A stretch of 64,000 nt of DNA from Malacoraja senta (taxonomy: Eukaryota): assembly GCA_038087875.1 (NCBI GenBank), contig CM075996.1, positions 1,800,001 through 1,864,000 on the forward strand, given 5' to 3'. The notes beneath the pieces were generated by a model. That model was not told the DNA's origin and searched no databases. It saw only the letters and a list, made by a program, of their open reading frames with translations. How positions within the stretch are numbered: position 1 is the first letter of the stretch; each line of letters opens with the position of its first letter. Shown here piece after piece: positions 11,836 to 25,445 of this stretch. The position numbers were made by a program, and so were the translations under genes.

Positions 11836-14800
11836 CAATTAAACTGAAGGAACTGCAGATGCTGCAAGCTTGCGTAGAAGACCAAATGCGTACAGGTTTG
11901 CAGGTTAATATTGTAATGCAAAAATTGTAAATTGTTGCTAGTGTGTGTGGGATAGTATTCGTGTGCGCGATTGCTGGTTGGCGTGGACTCGGTGGGCCGA
12001 AGGGCCTGTTTCCGTGCTGTATCTCTAAACTAAGGCAGTGTGTTGGAAATCCCCTTAGCGGGTCTTCAGGCAGTGTGTATGGGCTGGCCCTTTCCCTTGA
12101 AGCAAAGTAACAGTAAAGTTTGGAGTTTAATAGTTGAGTTGAGTTTATTGTCACGTGTACCGAGGTACAGTGAAAAGCTTTTTGTTGCGTGCTAACCAGT
12201 CAGCGGAAAGACAATACATGATTACAATCGAGCCGTCCACAGTGTACAGATACGGGATAAAGGGAATAAAATGAATAACGGGAGGTAGACACAAAATGCT
12301 GGAGTAACTCAGCGGGACAGGCAGCATCTCTGGAGAGAAGGAACGGGTGACGTTTCAGGTCGAGACCCTTCTTCAGTCTGAAGAAACGACACCCGTTCCT
12401 TCTCTCCAGAGATGCTGCCTGCCCTGCTGAGTTACACCAGCATTTTGTGTCTAACTTTGATTTAAACGAGCATGTAAGTAAGTAAGTTTATTGGCCAAGT
12501 ATTCACATACAAGGAATTCGCCTTGGTGCTCCGCCCACAATTAACAACATGACATACAGTGACAGTAACGAATGACTCAGAAAACACTAAACATTAATAA
12601 TAATATAACATTAATGATAAAACACCATTCAGTTCTGCAGTTCAATTCTGCAGTTCTTTCCTACGAATAATGTTTAGTGCAAGATAATATCCAGTAAAGT
12701 CCCATCAAAGATTGTCCGAGGGTCTCCAGCGAGGTGGATGGTAGTTCAGGACTGCTCTCTAGTTGTTGGTTGGATTCTTCCTGGACCTGACCAATGGTTT
12801 AGAGATGGTACCTCATCCCTGCCCTTAAGAAACCAATACAACTCCTCTCATGTTTCAGTTTAATAAGTGGCAATAAAAAGTGTTTTACTGTGATATAAAA
12901 GAGAACTTGAAACTTAATTGATTATAAAGTGAGAATATAAAATTGAGGTGGATGTCAGAATCGCAGCCGTGACTGGTGGAAGGAAGGATTGACTGTGTTG
13001 GCTGGTAATGAAGGTGGCTGTGTTAATGTTTAGCTTAGTTTAGTTTAGAGATACAGCATGGAAACAGGCCCTTCAGCCCACCGAGTCCATGCTGACCATC
13101 GGCCACTGCCATTCTATCGTGGCTGATCTATTGTTCACAAGTTCACAAGTTACAGGAGCAGAATCAGGCCATTCGGCCCATCACGTCTACTCCGCCATTC
13201 AATCATGGCTGATCTGTCTCTCCCTCCTAACCCCGTTCTCCTGCCTACTCCCTCTAACTTCTGACACCCGCACTAATCAAGAATCTATCTATCTCTGTCT
13301 TAAAAATAGCCACTGACTTTCCCTCTCAACCCCATTCTCCACAAGAATCTCAGCTTTAAAAATATCAATTGACTTGGCCTCCACATCCTTCTGTGGCAAT
13401 GGATTCCACAGATTCACCACCCTGAATAAAAACATTCCCTCTCCTTTCTAAAGGTACGCCCTTTAATTCTGAGGCTGTGCCCTCTGGTCCAAGACTCTGC
13501 CACTAGTGGAAACATCTTCTCGACATCCGCTCTGGCCAAGTCAATGGATCTTTTTAAGGCAGAGATAGACAGATTCTTGATCAGTACGGGTGTCAGAGGT
13601 TTATGGGGAGAAGGCAAGAGAATGGGGTTAGGAGGGAGAGATAGATCAGCCATGATTGAATGGTGGAGTAGACTTGATGGGCCGAATGGCCTATCACTTA
13701 CGACCTTACGACCTTTCTGCTTACCATTGTATTGTCATGTGTCCCAGTTAGAACAATGAGATTCTTACTTGCAGCAGCACAACAGAATATGTAAACATAG
13801 CACACTGTAAACAGTATAATAAATGAGAACAGAAAAGTTCAGTATATACGATACGATAGAACTTTAGTCATATATACACACACTAAACTTTTTTGTTCTA
13901 ATTTAATATACTGTTTAGAGTGTACTATGTTTACATATTCTGTTGTGCTGCTGCAAGTAAGAATTTAATTGTTCTATCTGGGACACAGGACCATAAAACA
14001 ATTAGCAGAAAGGTCATAAGACTCTCCCCATGACAGCACTGAGACTGAAGATCTGGTTATCATCCAATTGGCTCTTGGTGTGAGCTCGCTGTGTACAAAT
14101 TGGCCACTGCTATGCCTCCAACTTCAGAAGCTCTTCAGTGGCTGCAAAGTGCTGTCAGATGTTCTGAATTTCTCTCTACGAATGCAAATGTTTCTCTTAC
14201 GTTGCTTCTGTGGAGTTGCTCATTCGCAAACAGCAGCTGGTATGACATAGAAACATAGAAATTAGGTGCAGGAGTAGGCCATTCGGCCCTTCGAGCCTGC
14301 ACCGCCATTCAATATGATCATGGCTGATCATCCAACTCAGTATCCCGTACCTGCCTTCTCTCCATACCCCCTGATCCCTTTAGCCACAAGGGCCACATCT
14401 AACTCCCTCTTAAATATAGCCAATGAACTGGCCTCAACTACATTCTCTGGCAGAGAATTCCAGAGATTCACCACTCTCTGTGTAAAAAATGATTTTCTCA
14501 TCTCAGTCCTAAAAGATTTCCCCTTTATCCTTAAACTGTGACACCTTGTTCTGGACTTCCCAAACATCGGGAACAATCTTCCTGCATCTAGCCTGTCCAA
14601 CCCCTTAAGAAGTTTCTATAAGATCCCCCCTCAATCTTCTAAATTCTAGCGAGTACAAGCCGAGTCTATCCAGTCTTTCTTCATATGAAAGTCCTGACAT
14701 CCCAGCAATCAGTCTGGTGAACCTTCTCTGTAATCCCTCAATGGCAAGAATGTCCTTCCTCAGATTAGAATATTGGTATCATATTCAGCACAGTTATTAT

Positions 14801-17009
14801 GGGCCGAAGGGCCTGTTCTTTAGATTTTAGACTTTAGCGATATTGCTTTAGAGGCCTGCTCCTGTGCCATTTTTGTGTGCTGCACTATTCTATGTTCTAC
14901 ATTCCAACTTCACCTTTACATAACAGTATTGAATCTGAGGAATTCATTGCCACAGATGGCTGTGGAGGCCATCAATAGGTATTTTTAAAGCAGAGATTGA
15001 TAGATTCGTAATTAGTAACGGTGTGAAAATGTTACCGGGAGAATGGGGTTGAGAGGGAAAAATAGATCAGCCATGATTGAGGGGCGGAGTAGAATTGATG
15101 GGCCGAATGGCCCAATTCTGTTCCTACAATTTGTGAACTTGGGAATGGGGTTGAGGGGAAAAAATACATCAGCCGTGATTGAATGGTGGAGTAGATGGGC
15201 TGAATGGCCTAATTCTGCGCCTAAAGTCTTATGGCCATAAGGTCCACCTTTAAATTGCCTAATGAAATCCCCACGATGTCCATCAATTGTGACTGTGCCT
15301 TGTAATGTTGCCATAACTTTTCCCCCACACCTGGTACTCGCACTTTGAGTGTTTCGTGATCAATGTTAACGAAACAAAATGCATGCCCTGTTTGGGAGAT
15401 ATGCATAATTTATTCAGCATTCCATTTTTAATGTTTTAATTTGCATAAGACACGTGAATCCAATATATTGGATTCAATTAAAAGGAATGGCAGGGAAGCA
15501 TAATGGGTTCGCAAGAAGACAGTCATAATTTGCTCGTTAAATTAAATTATCCATGGGCCGAGGCAAAAGACTCGGACGGCGCCATCTGCTTATTTCTCTG
15601 TAGCTCTAGACTGGATAGGGAGCTCGGTGGCTTCGGAGGTTCGTCGCTGTGTTAATTTGCATGCCAAGGACACGTAAGTGGGACAGGCCCATTAAAGTGG
15701 ATCGGCTGGCAAGCTGATCTTTCACTAGCTTGGACACAAAATGCTGGCGTAGCTCAGCGGGACGGGTAGCAGCATCGCTGGGGAGAAGGAATGGGTGGCG
15801 TTTCGGGTCGAGACTGAGTCTGAAGAAAGGGTCTTCGCCCGAAACGCCACAGCTGCCTGTCCCGCTGAGTTTCTGTGTCTATCTTTGATTTAAACCAAGC
15901 AGCTCTTTCCTACACACTTCCTTTAGATTAGTTTAGAGATACAGCGCGGAAACAGGCCCCTTCGGCCCACCGAGTCCCTACCGACCAACGATCCCCGCAC
16001 ACTAACACTATCCCACACACACACACACACACACATGGGCCAGTTTACAACGTAAACAAAGCCAATGTACTTAATATAGAGAGATATAGGACTGAAGATG
16101 CTGGTTTGTACCTGAGATAGACACCAAACCCTGGAGTAACTCAGCGGGTCAGGCGGCATTAAGGATGAATTATGTTTTGGGGTTGGAACCCTTCTTCAGA
16201 AAGGGAGAGGTTGTTGTCCTGACAACATGTTGCTAAACTCTCTATCACTTCCCCATCCTCTGTCTTGGGACAAGGGTTGGCGTCTTTCTTGGATAGTCTG
16301 GTTTAACCAGGGGATTGAAAATTAATCTTGCAAAAACAACATCAGAGTTGTAAAAATTCACGTTCTTCGATCAGTTTAGAATTTTAGTCACAAAAAAATT
16401 AGTAATAGGTGTATAAAGCTTTTCATCATTCTTTGCCTTGAACAAATTTCTCCTCTCAGTGTTCCTCCTTGTAAGAAAAGCAATTATAATTCCTGCAGTT
16501 TCTTCATACTATTGATGTTCTTCCCCAGAGTACCTGAGAAATATATCTCAGAATATGAAGATTCAAACCATTCTGTCCAAGTGGATAAAAGTGGATTTAA
16601 GGTTAATTCTAATACTCAGTTACAGTTACAGTTCCAAAGAAAAAAATATGTAGGAAGGAGGTGCAGATGCTGGTTTACACCAAAGATAGACACAAAACGC
16701 TGGAGTAACTCAGCGGGACAGGCAGCATCTCTGGGGATAGGGAACGGGTGTGACATTTTGGGCCGAGACACTTCTTCAGACTCCATGTCTCGACCCGAAA
16801 CGTCACCTATTCGTTTTCCCCGAAAAGGAAAAGCACTGCGGCTATCTGCCTTATCTATTCCCCTCATGATTTTATAAACCTTTATAAGGTCACCCCTTGG
16901 CTTCCTTCCATCCAAAGTAAACTCTCCCACCTCTCCTTATTACTCAAGCTCTCTGGTCCTGATATCTCCCCACTGAATCTTTTCCGCACCCCCTCCATCT
17001 TGTTGAGCA

Positions 17010-17470
17010 ATAGACAATAGGTGCAGGAGTAGGCCATTCGGCCCTTCGAGCCAGCACCGCCATTCAATGTGATCATGGCTGATCATCCAACTCAGTATCC
17101 CGTTCCTGCCTTCTCCCCATATCCCCTGACTCCGCTATCTTTAAGAGCCCTATCTAGCTCTCTCTTGAAAGTATCCAGAGAATCGGCCTCCACCGCCCTC
17201 TGAGGCAGAGAATTCCACAGACTCACAACTCTCTGTGTGAAAACGTGTTTCCTCGTCTCCGTTCTAAATGGCTTACCCCTTATTCTTAAAGTCTGGCCCC
17301 TGGTTCTGGACTCCCCCAACATCGGGAACATGTTTCCTGCCTCTAGCGTGTCCAAACCCTTAAAAATCTTATATGTTTCAATGAGATTCCCTCTCATCCT
17401 TCTAAATTCCAGAGTGTACAAGCCCAGCTGCTCCATTCTCTCAGCATATGACAGTCCCGCCATCCCGGGA
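17010..17470 (-). mobile_element. CR1 3' fragment, (CTATTGT)n-tailed subfamily
   Basis: ORF 17092..17463 is the CR1 ORF2 C-terminus. Related copies at about 2055-2500 (-), 33240-33692 (+), 44889-45226 (-) and 52500-52737 (+). Confidence 0.88.
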
Positions 17471-17624
17471 CCACGTGGATGAGACGTGACCTGCAGTGGA
17501 GCAGCGATACTTTAGTTTAGTTTATTACAGTTGTCACGTGCATCGAGGTACAGTGAAAAGCTTTTTTGTTGCATGCTATCCAGTCAATGAAAAGCCTACA
17601 CATGATTACAATCGAGCCATCTCT

Positions 17625-17848
17625 TGTGAATGTGTGTGAATGTGTATGAGTGATTGGTGGTGGTCGGAGGGGCCGTAGGCGCAGATTAGCAGCCACGCTT
17701 CCGTCAGTCTGCCCCAGGGCAGCTGTGGCTACAGAAGTAGCTCACCACCACCGAGTGTGACTGAGGAGTGAATGAATAATGCGATGTAAAGCGCCTTGAG
17801 TATTAGAAAGGCGCTATATAAATCCCATCCATTATTATTATTATTATC
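17625..17848 (+). mobile_element. 5'-truncated SINE with L2-type 3' tail and (TTA)n end
   Basis: Core GGTGGTCGGAGGGGCC...CAGTCTGCCCCAGGGCAGCTGTGGCTAC; tail stem AGCGCCTT/AAGGCGCT + ATATAAAT; (ATT)n. Resembles fish SINEs from memory only. Confidence 0.65.
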
Positions 17849-20800
17849 TAGGAAACACTTTTTCTCACAGAGAGTGGTGAGTCTGTGGAATTCACATTGA
17901 ATGGCGGTGCTGGCTCAAAGGGCCAAATGGCCTGCTCCTGCACCTATTGTCTATTGTCTATTGTCCACAGTGTACATATACAGGATAAAAGGTATATTAT
18001 TTAGTGCAAAATACATTCTGATAAAATGCGATTAAAGATAGCTCAAGGTCTCCAATGAGGTAGATGGGAGGTCAGGACTGCGCTCTAGTTGGTGAGAGGC
18101 AGGTTCTCTGGATGCTTTCAAGAGAGAGCTAGACAGGGCTCTTAAAGATAGCGGAGTCAGGGGATATGGGGAGAAGGCAGGAACTGGGTATTGATTGGGG
18201 ATGATCAGCCATGATCACCTTGAATGGCGGTGCTGGCTCGAAGGGCTGAATGGCCTCCTCCTGCACCTATTGCCTATCGTCATAACGTCCGATCAAAGAT
18301 AGTCTAAAGGTCACCAATGAGGTAGATAGTAGTTCAGGACAGCTCTCTGGGTGTGGTAGGATGGTTCAGTTGCCTGATAACAGCTGGGAAGAAACGGTCC
18401 CTGAATCTGGAGGTGTGTGTGTGCGTTTTCACACTTCTGTACCTCTTGCCCGATGGGAGAGGGGAGAAGAGGGAGTGGCCGGGGTGAGACTGGTCCTTGA
18501 TGATGCTGCTGGCCTTGGCGAGGCAGCGTGAGGTGTAGATGGAGTCAGTGGAAGGGAGATTGCTTTGTGTGATGGTCTGGGCTGCGTCTACAATTCTCTG
18601 CAATTTCTTGCGGGCTTAGTCACCACGGGCGCTGTCTGTACGGAGTTTGCACGTTCTCCCCGTGACCTGCGTGGGTTTTCTCCGGGATCTCCGGTTCCCC
18701 CCAACACTCCAAAGACGTGCAGGTTTGTAGGTTCATTGGCTCGGCGTAAGTGTAAATTGTCCCTGGTGTGTGTAGGATAGTGTTAATGTGCGGGGATCGC
18801 TGGTCAGCGCGGACTGGGTGGGCCGAAGGGCCTGTTTCCGCGCTGTATCTCTAAACTGAAGTTGCTGCAGTGAACTTTGTAGATGGTACACGGGGCAATC
18901 ATAGAAACATAGAAACATAGAAATTAGGTGCAGGAGTAGGCCATTCGGCCCTTCGAGCCTGCACCGCCATTCAATATGATCATGGCTGATCATCCAACTC
19001 AGTATCCCGTACCTGCCTTCTCTCCATACCCTCTGATCCCTTTAGCCACAAGGGCCACATCTAACTCCCTCTTAAATATAGCCAATGAACTGGCCTCGAC
19101 TACCCTCTGTGGCAGAGAGTTCCAGAGATTCACTACTCTGTGTGTGAAAAAAGTTCTTCTCATCTCGGTTTTAAAGGATTTCCCCCTTATCCTTAAGCTG
19201 TGACCCCTTGTCCTGGACTTCCCCAACATCGGGAGCAATCTTCCTGCATCTAGCCTGTCCAACCCCTAAAGAATTTTGTAAGTTTCTATAAGATCCCCTC
19301 TCAATCTCCTAAATTCTAGAGAGTATAAACCAAGTCTATCCAGTCTTTCTTCATAAGACAGTCCTGACATCCCAGGAATCATGAAATAGAGGGAGGAGAG
19401 GATGGACTTCAAGTGAAGTCCATGTCTCTCAGCCCACTCTGCCTCGCCGCCATGCAAGAGGAGCTTCAAATGAATGTAAAACCAGTGATGTGAGCTGTAC
19501 TTGGCAAGGCAGCAACACGAATGCTTTACAAGTGCGAGTTATTGCAAAAGGCAGCCTCAAATCCCAGGATAATTCTCTCCGCTAATTCCGCTTCCATCAC
19601 TAACTTCTGATATATATATATATTATTTTTTTTAATCGCAGGTCTGTTATTTCTGGAAAGCTTGCAAAAAGTGTCACTTTCACGCCATTTAAATCATCCT
19701 TATGTAATTTAACCCACTTGATGAGCTGGAGTTATGTATGCGTCCATGTACCGGGGAATTAGTGCACTTGCACAGCGCTGCCCAACACTGACAACAGAGG
19801 ACACCTGAGTCGTTGCCGTGCCGCTTGGAACAGAGAAATATCCCAACAATGAGGAATAAACAGTACATGGAGCGGTAGAGCACAGAAACAGGCCATTCGG
19901 CCCACAATGTCTGTGCCGAACATGATGCCAAGATTAACTCTTGTCTACCCTCGCGTGATCCATATCCCTCCATTCCTGCGCGTCACTTGCCTATCCAAAA
20001 GTTCAGAAGCCTGGTGGTGTTTACAAAGTTACATGTGTTTATGTATATATGTGCCCACATGCTTGGATGTGTGTGTGTGTGTTGGTGTAGATGTATGTGT
20101 GTGTGTGTGTACATCTGTGTGTGGCATGCGTAAATATGTGTGTGTATCTGTGCATGCAAGCATATGTACATCTGTGTGTGTGTGTGCATGTGTTGGTTTA
20201 TGTACATACGTTTATGTATGTGAGTGTCTGTCTATATTTGTCTATGTGTGAGTATATGTGTGTGTGTATATGTGTGTGTGTGTGACTAAGTGTGTTCATG
20301 GGTGAGTGTGTGCATGTGTGAGTGTGCATGGGTAAGTGTGTGCATGTGTGAATGTGTGAGTGTATATTTGTCTATGTGTGAGTTTATGTGTGTATGTGTG
20401 TGTGACTGTGTGACTGTCTGTGTCACTGCGAGTGTGTGCATGTGTGAGTGTGTGCATGTGTGAGTGTGTGCATGTGTGAGTGTGTGAGTGTGTGCGTGAG
20501 TGTGTGCATGTGTGAATGTGTGAGTGTGTGTGTGTATATTTGTCTATGTGTGTCTATGTATGAGTGTTTCTGTTTGTCTGCACGTTAATATGAGTGTACA
20601 CGTGTGTGTGTGTGAGTGCGTGTACACGTGTGTGTGTGTGAGTGCGTGTACACGTGTGTGTGTGTGAGTGCGTGTACACGTGTGTGTGCGCCCACGAGTG
20701 AGTGTGTGCGTGTGTGACTGTGTACACGTGTGTGTGCGTGTGTACACGTGTGTGTGCGCGCGTGAGTGAGTGTGTGCGTGTGTACACGTGTGTGTGTGCA

Positions 20801-22828
20801 CATGTGTGTGTGTGTGTGTACACGTGTGTGCGCGCCCACGAGTGAGTGTGTGCGTGTGTACACGTGTGTGTGCGCGTGTACACGTGTGTGTACGCGTGAG
20901 TGAGTGTGTGTGTGTCTCTGTCTGTCTATTTTATCCCCATGGGTAGGGGCTGTCTGGCTTCAGGGTTAAAGCTCTTGTGCTGTAAGTGTTAACGGGGAAG
21001 GTGGTCTCACAGACACAGATAGCCCAGCCCCACTAGAACGAGAGCCCTCGACTATCGAGGCTGCCAGCTGATTCCACCAGTTTCTATTTTCCTAGTTGTT
21101 TAAAATAACAATGGCAGGCTGCAGTGTTGAGCGGGATCTATAATGCAGTGTTCTGGTGCGGCTGTGTTCAATTGTGTTGGGGGAGGGGGGGATCAGAGAC
21201 ATTGCCACATGATCCTAGAGCCGGGCGGTGGTGCAGCGGTAGAGTTGCTGCCTCACAGCGCCGGAGACCCGGGTTCGATCCTGACTACGGGTACTGTCTG
21301 TACGGAGTTTGTACCCGTGACCTACATGGGGGGGTTTTCTCCGAAATCTTCAATTTCCCTCCCACACTCCAAAGATTGTAAAGTGCCCCCCAGTGTGTGT
21401 AGGATAGTGCGGACTTGGTGCCCCGAAGGGCCTGTTTCCGCGCTGTATCTATAGTCCAAATTAAACGGCGCTGTCTGTGCCCCAAAGGCCCTTGTTTGAT
21501 TCGCGGAAACAGCACGGAAACAGGCCCTTCGGCCCCACCGAGTCCACGCCGACCATCGATCACACTAGTTCCATGTTACCCCACTTTCTCATTCTCTCCC
21601 TACACACTAGGGACAATTTACAGAGGGCCAATTAACCTACAAATCTGAAGAAGGTTCCCGACCCGAAACGTTGCCCATCGTTTCTCTCCTGATCCGCTAA
21701 GTTACTCCAGCACTTTGTATCTATATTCGGTATAAACCAGCACCTGCAGTTCCTGTCTCGGGCGGCGTGGTGGCTCAGCGGGTAGAGCTGCTGTCTCGCA
21801 GCGCCAGAGACCCGGGTTCGATCATGACCACGGGTGTTATCTGTACGGAGTTTTCACGTTCTCCCCGTGACCTGCGTGGGTTTTCTCCGGATGCCCCGGT
21901 TTCCTCCCACACTCGAAAGACGTGCAGGTTTGTAGGCTAATTGGCTTCTGTATCAATCTAAACCTAATCTAAACCTGTCCCTAGTGTGTGTGTGTGTGTG
22001 TGTGGGGGATAGTGTTAGTGTGTGGGCCGAAGGGCCTGTTTCCGTGCTGTATCACCAAACAGTATACAGGGTGGAGGGAGGACGAGATGCAGAAACCTCA
22101 AAGACTGTGGGATGGATAGCGAGAGTTATCTGGCTGGGATAGCAAGCTAAACACTTGATGTGTAGGAAAGAACTGCAGAAGCAGTTGGTTTAATCGAAGG
22201 TAGACAAAAAAACGCTGGAGCAACTCAGCGGGACAGGCAGCATCTCTGGGGTGAAGGAAGGAATGGGTGATGTTTCGGGTCGAGACCCTTCTAAACACGA
22301 GGTGTGCTTTTACGTTCCTTGTTCCCACGTTGCAACGTTGGGAAGAAGCTAATCTGAGATGGAATCTGTTCCGCACTGCCAGGGAAACCATTCCTCACAT
22401 CTCCAGACAGTTCTCCCTTGCTGTGGGCTTGCTAATGCAGCCGTCTTGTCTGGCAGAGTCGCGGTTGAATAAGTGAAGATTGCTAAAAGGAGTTTGCGAC
22501 GAGATAGATGGCAGAGATAGATCGTAAACAATGGGCAGAAGAGTACTCGGAAGTACAGCGTGGTACAACGGCAAGTGGGCTTTTGGAAAGCAGACTATTG
22601 CTTCTAGGAACACATTGCTAAGAGTTACAGTCTGGGAGGCTCAAGGGATGACAGCCGCGTTAAATGATGGCAGCAGAATCTTCCCTGATGGTAGGAAGGA
22701 AAGACTTGGCTTATTATATATAACACATCTTTCAGAACCTCAGGATATCTCCAAAGTTATGCGCTGCCCGGAACAATAACTACAACTGAGTAGGTAATTA
22801 AGCATTAATTTACTAATTATTTATGTGT

Positions 22829-23093
22829 CAGAAAGAACTGCAGATGCTGGAAAAATCGAAGGTAGACAAAAATGCTGGAGAAACTCAGCGGGTGAGGCAG
22901 CATCTATGGAGCGAAGTTTCTGGTCGAGACCTTTCTTCAGACTGATGTGAGGGTGGGGGGGGGGGGGGGGAAGAAGAAAGGAAGAGGCGGAGACAGTGGG
23001 CTGTGGGAGAGCTGGGAAGGGGAGGGGAAGGAGGGAGAAAGCAAGGACTACCTGAAATTGGAGAAGTCAATGTTCATACCGCTGGGGTGTAAA
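22829..23093 (-). mobile_element. Penelope-like element 3' end (same family as 24830-25445)
   Basis: Reverse complement matches the end of the GIY-YIG ORF (..GMNIDFSNF) and the downstream terminal repeat. Confidence 0.8.
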
Positions 23094-23103
23094 TTTACTA
23101 ATT

Positions 23104-23720
23104 AACTCCACAGTCAAAAAGGCACAACATAGGATGTACTTCCTACGGCAGCTGAGGAAGCACAACCTGCCGCAGGCAATGATGGTCCAATTCTACACGG
23201 CCATCGTAGAGTCTGTTCTCACCTTCCCCATCATGGTCTGGTTTGGCTCAGCCCCCAAGCACGATATCCGGAGGCTACATCGAATCGTCCGATCAGCAGA
23301 GAAGGTTATTGGCTGCAACCTTCCCTCCATTGTTGAACTGTACACTGCAAGGGCCAGGAAGCGAGCGGGCAAGATCATCTCTGACCCCTCTCACCCTGGC
23401 CACAAACTCTTTGAATCACTTCCCTCTGGAAGGCGACTCCGGACTGTCAAAGCTGCCACAGCCAGACATAAAAACAGTTTTTATCCACGAGTAGTTGCTC
23501 CACTCAACAGCCAATAATCTGTAGCCTCCCTTTGATCTGGTATTTTGTTGGTTCACATGCTTGATCAATGGTGTTTTATCATTAATGTTTTATTATTATT
23601 AATGGTTAGTGTTTTCTGAGTCATTCGTAACTGTCACTGTATGTCATGTTGTTACTTGTGGGCGGAGCACCAAGACAAATTCCTTGTATGTGAATAATTG
23701 GCCAATAAACTTACTTACTT
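23104..23720 (+). mobile_element. Rex1/Babar-type LINE 3' fragment, second subfamily, (TTAC)n tail
   Basis: ORF 23134..23517 MYFLRQLRKHNLP...FYTAIVESVLT...HPGHKLFESLPSGRR. Related minus copies at about 12475-12630, 32005-32085 and 50143-50510. Confidence 0.85.
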
Positions 23721-24829
23721 CCTTAACTTCGAACTTGGTACATCACCGAAACTTACGTGAAATGGCTGCAGCCGAACAAACAGTGTCCCAACCGGGTGCC
23801 AGGACTGAGCTACAGGTAGAGCTTGGGCAGGCAAGGACTTTATTCCTTGGAGCGCTAGAGGGTGAATGGAGATCTTTCTAAGTTGTGTAAAATCATGAGG
23901 GGAATAGATGGAGTGAATAGATGGTGTGATGGGGGTGGGGGGGGGGGCAATCACTCTATTTAACCAACGCTCAGGCCTGGCTGTGCTACCTTGTCATGGT
24001 GCGAGGCTGGCATTTTGAATCATGTGTAGGAAGGAACTGCAGATGCTGGTTTAAATCAAAGACGGACATAACATGCAGGAGTAACTCAGCGGGACAGGCA
24101 GCGTCTCTGGAGAGAAGGAATGGGTGACTTCGGGTCGAGACCCTTCTTCAGACGTCACCCATTCCTTCTCTCCAGAGGTGCTGCCTGTCCCCTGCTGAGT
24201 TACTCCAGCATTTTGTGTCCAACTTTGAATCACTTGTCCATTTTCACCGAGTTTGTTACCTTCAGTCTGTGTCATTCCTACTCTCCCCTCCCACCTCCCC
24301 ACCTCCCCTCCCCATCCTATTGGGAAACAAGCAGCTAGCCATCAACGTTCACCTCTAGTGTCACAGGAATGGAGAGATTTATGTCCCGAGTCTGCATATT
24401 GGGAATTTGTAAGAGCTTTTAATTAAGCATTCATGTTAGCAATGAATAAACATCAATAACCTCAAAATGTACTTGGTTGCCTCACAGCCCAATTAACACC
24501 AGCAAGCATGTTTTGTAAAGTGCCTAGCATTAGGTTTTAGGGTTAAGGGTTAGCATCAGGCTCTGAGTTATTAGAGTCATAGAGTGATACAGTGTGGAAA
24601 CAGGCTATTTGTCCCAACTTGCCCACACAGGCCAACTTGCCCCAGCTGCACTAGTCCCACCTGCCCGCGTTTGGTCCAAATCCCTTCAAACCTGTCCTAT
24701 CCATGTACCTGTCTATCTGTTTCTAAAACATTGGGATAGTCTCAGCCTCAACTACCTCCTCTGGCAGCTCGTTCCATACACCCACCACCCTTTGTGTGAA
24801 AAAGTTACACAAGTTAATTGGGAATCTTT

Positions 24830-25445
24830 CCCGGGCACTTTCCCTTGCAACCGCAGGAGATGCTACACTTGTCGCTTTACCTCCCCCCTCGACTCTATTC
24901 AAGGGCCCAAGCAGTCGTTCCAGGTGCGACAGAGGTTCACCTGCATCTCCTCCAACCTCATCTATTGCATCCGCTGCTCTAGATGTCAGCTGATCTACAT
25001 CGGTGAGACCAAGCGTAGGCTTGGCGATCGTTTCGCCGAACACCTCCGCTCGGTCCGCATTAACCGACCTGATCTCCCGGTGGCTCAGCACTTCAACTCC
25101 CCCTCCCATTCCGAATCCGACCTTTCTGCCCTGGGCCTCCTCCATGGCCAGAGTGAGCACCACCGGAAATTGGAGGAGCAGCACCTCATATTCCGCTTGG
25201 GCAGTCTGCACCCCAACGGTATGAACATTGACTTCTCCAATTTCCAGGTAGTCCTTGCTGTCTCCTCCCCTTCTCAGCTCTCCCTCAGCCCTCTTGCTCC
25301 TCCTCTTCCTTTCTCCTTTCTTCCCCCCCACCCCCCAACCCCACATCAGTCTGAAGAAGGGTTTCGGCCCGAAACGTTGCCTATTTCCTTCGCTCCATAG
25401 ATGCTGCTGCACCCGCTGAGTTTCTCCAGCACTTTTGTCTACCTT
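24830..25445 (+). mobile_element. Penelope-like element (Neptune-type) 3' fragment: Cys-rich linker + GIY-YIG endonuclease + terminal repeat with hammerhead-like motif; nested in a CR1 fragment
   Basis: ORF 24594..25400 contains CNRRRCYTC...NLIYCIRCSRCQLIYIGETKRRLGDRFAEH...HFN...E QHLIFRLGSLHPNGMN, typical of PLE GIY-YIG domains. It is followed at 25351 by CTGAAGA A GGGTTTCGGCCC GAAACGTT. The CR1 sequence resumes at about 25446. Confidence 0.88.

Noticed and set aside
16529..16601. Possible plus-strand coding exon (VPEKYISEYEDSNHSVQVDKSGFK)
   Set aside because: Weak donor, no recognisable homology and no partner exons.
19402..19423. 10-bp perfect inverted repeat ATGGACTTCA/TGAAGTCCAT
   Set aside because: Too short for a pre-miRNA and has no family or flanking signature.
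24537..24553. Telomere-like TTAGGGTTAAGGGTTAG
   Set aside because: Fewer than three imperfect units; expected by chance.
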